From NCBI GenBank assembly GCA_023228295.1, contig JALOBP010000003.1:1065-65064 (forward strand): 64,000 bases of DNA. Direction: 5' to 3'. The position numbers were made by a program, and so were the translations under genes. How positions within the stretch are numbered: the stretch's first letter is position 1; each line of letters opens with the position of its first letter. The notes beneath the pieces are model-generated. The model was not told the origin of the DNA. It saw only the letters and a list, made by a program, of their open reading frames with translations, and made no database searches. Positions 58,518 to 64,000 of this stretch are shown one piece after another. The DNA is from Methanoregula sp. Its GTDB lineage: Archaea; Halobacteriota; Methanomicrobia; Methanomicrobiales; Methanospirillaceae.

Positions 58518-59270
58518 TCACCAGTATTCATCCTCTCCATCAAATGGATTGGTCACAGGAACAGTTACGAGCGGCTTGTCGGCACCAGCACCGGATGTCA
58601 CCTCCATCTTCACGTCCATGAAGTCTCCTGAAAGCGTGATGATGAACGTCCCCTCGCGGTAAAGGGTGATCCTCTTCTCCTTGTCGGTACTGTACTCTGA
58701 CCCATACCCCTCCTGTTCCAGAATTGCAGACGAGTTTTCTTTGTGCACGGTCACGAGTGCCTTTGAATGGACAAACGAGCCACTCGCCCCGGTCGTCTGG
58801 TCGGGATTGCTCCAACAGGGATTGAACGTCAGGTCAATAACCAGCGGCGCCTGGGGAACCAGCACTCTCACCGCGGTTACATTCGAGCGGAGCACAAACG
58901 ATTTTGAGTACTGGGGGATCTTCTCGATGCGCAGGGCTTCGACCGTTGACCAGTTCCCATGATCGCGATAGGGAAGCCGGTAGGGATTTTGAGTAACATA
59001 GGGAATCGCGCTCACCTCCTCGACAACAAAGGTAACTGTCGGAGACGGTTCGGATGTCGGGAGATAGCCGGATTCACCCCCATTTTCATAATCACGGGGA
59101 GCGGCATCCATGAACGGGATGTTTTCATCCTCGTACGGGAGACCGCCTTTTGTATCGCTCCCGCCCAGCATGGCCGGGACAGCGTTGATGCACCCTGATG
59201 AGAGGATGACCATGGACAGGAGAAGGACCAGGGCAAAGAACCGCAGCAGAGGATGAATACGAATTATCAT
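58518..59270 (-). CDS. Putative lipoprotein, hypothetical
   Basis: Signal peptide with lipobox-like LSSGC; start taken at MIIRIH. Confidence 0.65.
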   Translation of the reverse strand: MIIRIHPLLRFFALVLLLSMVILSSGCINAVPAMLGGSDTKGGLPYEDENIPFMDAAPRDYENGGESGYLPTSEPSPTVTFVVEEVSAIPYVTQNPYRLPYRDHGNWSTVEALRIEKIPQYSKSFVLRSNVTAVRVLVPQAPLVIDLTFNPCWSNPDQTTGASGSFVHSKALVTVHKENSSAILEQEGYGSEYSTDKEKRITLYREGTFIITLSGDFMDVKMEVTSGAGADKPLVTVPVTNPFDGEDEYW

Positions 59271-59410
59271 TTTCGTAATAATGATCTGCGATATCGAACT
59301 AATAAAGCATATCGAAACAACCCTGGAGAGAACGTTTCGTACTACCGTCCCTGCTCTGCCCAATTCTTTTTATCCAAACCAGCACCAGTTATTTCACAGG
59401 AGGCTTCCCC

Positions 59411-61420
59411 GTGGTATTTGCCCTCTTCACCGACATCCTGATCGTCTTCTCCATCGCGCTCATAGTCGGCCTCATCTTCAACCGTCTCAAAGTCCCGCCG
59501 CTGGTCGCCTTCATCCTGACCGGCATCATTGTCGGCCCGTTCGGCTTCTCCTTAATCCAGAGCGAGGAGCAGGTCAACGCCCTTGCCGAGATCGGCATCA
59601 TCCTTCTGCTCTTCACCATCGGCATCGAGTTCTCCTTCAAAGACCTCTGGAAGATCCGGCTTATCGCTCTTGTGGGAGGTGCCCTGCAGGTTGGCCTCTC
59701 GTTTATCTTCTTCTGCGGCCTTGCGCTCCTCTTCGGCTGGCCGGCCGGCGAGGCAATCCTTTTGGGTTTTTTACTCTCCCTCTCAAGCACCGCAATCGTG
59801 CTGAAGATCCTCCACGAGCGCGGGGAGATCGACTCCCCGCACGGCAGTATCGCGCTTGGGATCCTCATCTTCCAGGACCTTGCTGCCATCCCGATGATCA
59901 TGGCCATCCCGTTCCTTGCCAGCACCACGCTTTTTAACATCGAACCGCTCCTCACAGGAACCGACCTGCTCTGGCTGGTATTCCAGGACATTGCCATTGT
60001 CATCACGCTCATTATCAGTGCCAAATGGGTCGTCCCCCGGATGCTCTACGAGATCGCACGAACGAAGAACCAGGAGATGTTCCTCCTCTTTGTCATCCTC
60101 ATCTGCTTTGGTGTGGCATGGCTCGTCTCGTTTGCCGGCGTCTCCTTTGCCATCGGGGCGCTCCTTGCCGGCCTCATCATCTCGGGATCGGAGTACAGCC
60201 ACCAGGCTGTCAGCATCGTGCTCCCCTTCCGGGACATCTTCACGAGTTTCTTCTTCATATCGGTCGGGATGCTCGTCAACATCCATTTTATTGCAGCCAA
60301 CCTCTGGCTGGTCATCTTCCTCATCCTTATCGTGCTCGGTGCAAAGGCCCTGCTCGCAACTGCGGCTCCGCTTGCCCTCGGGTACCCCTTGAGGACCGCG
60401 GCCCTGAGCGGTCTTGCCCTTGCACAGGTCGGGGAGTTCTCGTTCATCATCGCAAAGAGCGGGGTAAGTGCAGGCATCCTGCCGGTCGACACCTACCAGA
60501 TGTTCCTCGCAATCGCGCTCGTGACCATGGCCACAACTCCCTTTGTCCTTGGCTTCGGGCATCCGTTCACCAGCCGCATCTGCCGGATTCCGTCCCTCTC
60601 CCGGATCGCGCAGGGCACCTGTGGTGTTGATGACAAAAAGCCCCACAAGGACCGCAAAGACCACCTCGTCATCATCGGGTACGGGGTCACGGGAAGGAAC
60701 CTTGCACGGGCCGCACGGCAGGGAAAGATCCCGTATGCCATCATCGAACTGAACCCCGATCTCGTAACCGAGGCGCGTCTCGAAGGTGAACCGGTCATCT
60801 TTTGCGATGCCACGAGCGAGGGAGTGCTGAACCATGCCGGCATCCATCTGGCCCGGATCGCAGTTATCGCCATCAATGATCCGGTGGCGACCCGAAAGAT
60901 CACGTCACAGGTCCGGCGGCTGAACGAAGGGATCACCATCATTGTGAGGACCCGGTATGTCAGCGAGATGGAGGGACTCTACCTGATGGGGGCTGACGAG
61001 GTGATTGCGGAGGAGTTCGAGACCTCGGTCGAGATCTTCACGGTCGTGCTCCACAGGTATTTCATCCCCCGCGACCAGATCGAATCGTTCATTTCCGAGG
61101 TGCGGGCCGGAGGGTACCGGATGCTCCGCAAGAGGAGTGACCCCCAGGCCGGCCTCCCCGATCTCGTCAAGAACATCCCCAATATCTCAATCACTGCGTT
61201 TACTATCGAGAACGGATCGCCTCTTGCGGGAAAGACGCTTGGCGAGTTCAACCTGCGCAAACGCCATAATATCACCATCCTTGCTCTCCAGCGGGGGGAG
61301 GAGACCATGACGGGGCTCGGCGGGGAGACCCGGCTTGAAGCCGGCGATGTGGCCATCGTATACGGGACACCTTCGTATATCGCGCTTGCGGCGCCACTGT
61401 TCCGAAAGGAGGGCGGATAA
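59411..61420 (+). CDS. CPA2 cation:proton antiporter (KefB/KefC-like) with TrkA-N and TrkA-C domains
   Basis: LAEIGIILLLFTIGIEFS, LSLSSTAIV, LIFQDL, LAQVGEFSFI, IIGYG..GR. Confidence 0.92.
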   Translation: MVFALFTDILIVFSIALIVGLIFNRLKVPPLVAFILTGIIVGPFGFSLIQSEEQVNALAEIGIILLLFTIGIEFSFKDLWKIRLIALVGGALQVGLSFIFFCGLALLFGWPAGEAILLGFLLSLSSTAIVLKILHERGEIDSPHGSIALGILIFQDLAAIPMIMAIPFLASTTLFNIEPLLTGTDLLWLVFQDIAIVITLIISAKWVVPRMLYEIARTKNQEMFLLFVILICFGVAWLVSFAGVSFAIGALLAGLIISGSEYSHQAVSIVLPFRDIFTSFFFISVGMLVNIHFIAANLWLVIFLILIVLGAKALLATAAPLALGYPLRTAALSGLALAQVGEFSFIIAKSGVSAGILPVDTYQMFLAIALVTMATTPFVLGFGHPFTSRICRIPSLSRIAQGTCGVDDKKPHKDRKDHLVIIGYGVTGRNLARAARQGKIPYAIIELNPDLVTEARLEGEPVIFCDATSEGVLNHAGIHLARIAVIAINDPVATRKITSQVRRLNEGITIIVRTRYVSEMEGLYLMGADEVIAEEFETSVEIFTVVLHRYFIPRDQIESFISEVRAGGYRMLRKRSDPQAGLPDLVKNIPNISITAFTIENGSPLAGKTLGEFNLRKRHNITILALQRGEETMTGLGGETRLEAGDVAIVYGTPSYIALAAPLFRKEGG

Positions 61421-61585
61421 CGAGCCGGGGATCGCCGGATCTGCCCGGTCTCACGATATAACCGGTAGTTCCCGTTTCTCTTCGTCCGTTTGAAAACGGG
61501 GCAGCCAGACCATCTATCGCCACCCCATTTCGCAATCCGGACGAGCGGTGGGCATATTCCCGGACACGTTCGTTGCACCAGCCGT

Positions 61586-61948
61586 TCACGTTCTTTTCAG
61601 GTTGCCACAGATCCTCCGGATCGCGGGGGAGTCCGGTTCCCGGAGCCGGTAGATCTTGTGGTTCGATCGATAGTACGATTCGATGAGCCCGCCATCCCGG
61701 AGTTTCTTTAAATTATATGAGATGAGGTTCCGGGGCTCCTCAAAGACATAAAAAAACTCGCAGACACAGTGGTCACGGTTGTGCAGCATCAGGATGATCC
61801 GGAGACGGAGCGGATGGGCAAGGAGTTTTATGAGCCGGTCCAGGTCCGTGACCGACACCGAACCAAGCAGCTCCTTTTCGATACGCAGTTCGTCTTCCCA
61901 GTCGCTCCGGAGGGCGCAGTCGGCCGGACAGCAGCGGGCAGTTGCCAT
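61586..61948 (-). CDS. ArsR/SmtB family transcriptional regulator
   Basis: LAHPLRLRIILML..HCVCE..ISYNLKKLRDGGLI; N-terminal CC..C. Confidence 0.85.
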   Translation of the reverse strand: MATARCCPADCALRSDWEDELRIEKELLGSVSVTDLDRLIKLLAHPLRLRIILMLHNRDHCVCEFFYVFEEPRNLISYNLKKLRDGGLIESYYRSNHKIYRLREPDSPAIRRICGNLKRT

Positions 61949-62094
61949 GAGAAATGATGGTTCGCGGAAGACTAATAGATTCCCGATTTTTAAAAATGGT
62001 CACGATCGGATAAAGGAGATCTGTCCCGTTCAATTTTATTTGAAATCCGGTTCGGGCCTCTATATAGCGACAGTTCCTATGTGCTCTGAGAAGT

Positions 62095-62646
62095 ATGGAG
62101 TACGAAACCGTAAAAATTGCAACGGTGACCGGGAAGTGCCCGGCCTGTGAAGATTATGCAGCGAAGAATTCCACAACGCCGCCGAAGATCGCGGTGATGG
62201 CCTGCGAGGGTGCATGCGCCCGGGGCGAAGTAGCAAGAAGGGCTGCAAACCTGGTAGCCCACCGGCTGGCAAAAGATGAGACCGTCCGGATCTGCCTAGG
62301 CGGTGCATTCACCAAGGACACCGGCCAGCGGAACCTTGTGCGCCGGGCAGAGAAGGTGATCGCCATCGAGGGCTGTTTCATCAACTGCTCCTCGCGGATG
62401 ATGGAAGGGGTTTTGCCGGAAGTTAAGCCGGAGATCGTCCGGGCGGACCTTATCTACAACCTCGATCTGCCGTTTGGGATCGATGAGGTGGCAGACGAGA
62501 TGTTCACGATCTATGCCTACCAGGTCGCAGAGCAGGTTGTCCGCAATTTCGGGAAGAACTCCGGGGGTTGTGGCACCCCAGAAGAAGTGTCCGGCTGTTC
62601 AGCGGGCGGGTGCAGCCAGAAGCCGGACGGGGGTTGCGGCCAGTAA
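62095..62646 (+). CDS. DGC-domain putative zinc-binding protein
   Basis: CPAC, ACEGAC.RGE.ARRAA, ICLGG, IEGCFINC; Cys/Gly-rich tail. Confidence 0.8.
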   Translation: MEYETVKIATVTGKCPACEDYAAKNSTTPPKIAVMACEGACARGEVARRAANLVAHRLAKDETVRICLGGAFTKDTGQRNLVRRAEKVIAIEGCFINCSSRMMEGVLPEVKPEIVRADLIYNLDLPFGIDEVADEMFTIYAYQVAEQVVRNFGKNSGGCGTPEEVSGCSAGGCSQKPDGGCGQ

Positions 62647-62677
62647 GGGGAACGCCCTGCGGTCGGAGATCTCCACC

Positions 62678-63232
62678 TCATTTTCTCAACTTCAGAAGGT
62701 AGTTCCGTTGCCGGGCAACGTCATCCAGGAGTGCGTGAAGCACCCCTGCTCTCTCTTTTATGGGTAGCCCGGCAGAGTTCTTCTTCGCTTCAGCCAGGGC
62801 CTGTTCCAGTTCCCCGATTTCCATAACGGTTGCGGCAATGCAATAGTAGCTCTTTGAACGACCTTCGTTGAACTCGGCAAGCATCTCATTCAGGAGGCTT
62901 TCTCTCTTCTTTTGCAGGTTTTCAAACGCCTCTGTGCTGTTCTTCAGGACAAAGGCAATATCGTCTTCAAGGGTCTGGTAACACTTGAATGAATCGGCTG
63001 TTTTCCCGGCCTTCCGGTGTCTGGCCCATTTTTCACAGGCTTCATGGTCTTCGCAATCCCAGCAGAATTCCACTCCTTTTTTCTTCAGGGCACAGGTGAT
63101 GAACGGGCAGCCCGCACAGGTCCGGGATTCGGTCTTGCACCCGCCGCACCGGCTTTTCCCTTCCGTGTGGTAATGGGGGCAGAGCCGGCAGGAGAGGCCG
63201 CAGATGGCAATTTCAGGGTACCTGATGTTCAT
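62678..63232 (-). CDS. DUF3795-like Cys-rich protein
   Basis: AICGLSCRLCP..CGGC..C.F..CA..KGVEFCWDC....C. Confidence 0.8.
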   Translation of the reverse strand: MNIRYPEIAICGLSCRLCPHYHTEGKSRCGGCKTESRTCAGCPFITCALKKKGVEFCWDCEDHEACEKWARHRKAGKTADSFKCYQTLEDDIAFVLKNSTEAFENLQKKRESLLNEMLAEFNEGRSKSYYCIAATVMEIGELEQALAEAKKNSAGLPIKERAGVLHALLDDVARQRNYLLKLRK

Positions 63233-63579
63233 GGGAATCGCAGTACTCTACTATCTTTCCGGTATCGCTCAAAAATTCTCGCCTGTCCCGGGGTGGACAT
63301 ACATGCGTGTGCCGGAACAGCAGGCAAAAATGAGGATTGCTAAAAAAATGGCCGGGGGAGGGGAGGTAAAGGCCTGATCTGCTCCTTTTTGTTGCTGGCC
63401 TTTTTCCCTCACAACCTACCCCGCCGTTTGTTCGTTTCACGATACTATCCGGGTACCGGACCGATCTGGGCGGGTACCCGGTCCCGGATCGCAAGGGTTC
63501 ATGGAATGATCGCGAAGGCGAAGCAGCCCCGCTCAAAAAGAACCGGGTGAGCCAGCCTTCGGTCTCTCTCCACCTCTCC

Positions 63580-63999
63580 TCACGCGAGTGCTGTTACCCC
63601 GTCGGACCAGGTCTCGATCACGGTGCGGATGGCATCATCCTCGTACGAGGAGATGGAAACCTGCCTGCGGGAGAGGTTCACAAAGTACAACTCCCCGTTG
63701 GGGTCGTGGCACTTCAGGGTCACCGAGAAGGCATCATTCCCTTCATCGTGAACCGGACTTCCGCCGTGGGCCGTGTTGTTGGCGGTGTTGGCGAGCACGG
63801 CTGCGATACCGGCCGTATAACCGGCCATGGTGTTGTAGTTCTCCGATGTGCTCCCAACACTCTTTGCCAGCGCATCCTGGTACACGAATCTGGCCGTGAA
63901 ATTCTCCCTGGTCTTCTCTACGGGCGGGTGGTTGACGCCCGAGCTCATATACGATACACACCCGAATGGGTTGGTCGTGATGATCGTCTGGACGAGCGC
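63580..63999 (-). CDS. Conserved hypothetical protein, 5'-truncated at window edge
   Basis: Frame is open beyond the listed Met (..ALVQTIITTNPFGCVSYMSSGVNHPP..TLKCHDPNGELY..WSDGVTALA). Confidence 0.7.
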   Translation of the reverse strand, partial: ALVQTIITTNPFGCVSYMSSGVNHPPVEKTRENFTARFVYQDALAKSVGSTSENYNTMAGYTAGIAAVLANTANNTAHGGSPVHDEGNDAFSVTLKCHDPNGELYFVNLSRRQVSISSYEDDAIRTVIETWSDGVTALA

Positions 64000-64000
64000 G

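Overview
Chromosomal window from a methanogenic archaeon, most likely Methanomicrobiales or Methanoregula-like. This is inferred from the TBP, geranylgeranyl reductase, DUF2070, archaeal class-III-signal pilins and DUF4013. No rRNA, tRNA or CRISPR array was seen. The left third (1-30 kb) is mixed housekeeping and accessory DNA: ABC transporters, PreA with a decayed nucleobase permease, a YqjD/YqjE-like triplet, a TBP beside a complete RsbU/RsbW/RsbV-type partner-switching trio, an enterobacterial-style decarboxylase/antiporter/HdeD acid-resistance block, GGR and two histidine kinases. The main feature is a ~28 kb locus (30.4-58.5 kb). It combines NikR, a CobN chelatase, a chlD gene split by a -1 frameshift at an A9 run (giving ChlI plus ChlD), a FecCD/BtuCDF-type importer, an ABC-2 exporter, a type IV pilus ATPase with double-domain TadC, and eight class-III-signal pilins, six of them in three A-then-B pairs with variable cores. 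Four of its promoter regions, plus one just beyond nikR, carry a recurring heptamer-N14-heptamer site (about GTAWTAC), which suggests one metal-responsive regulon. Inserted in the middle is a lower-GC cassette: a CobB/CobQ-like P-loop gene followed by two tandem units of a conserved-N/variable-C protein plus a DUF4013 membrane protein, resembling a polymorphic effector-immunity pair. All family assignments come from motif recognition by eye; no database searches were run.
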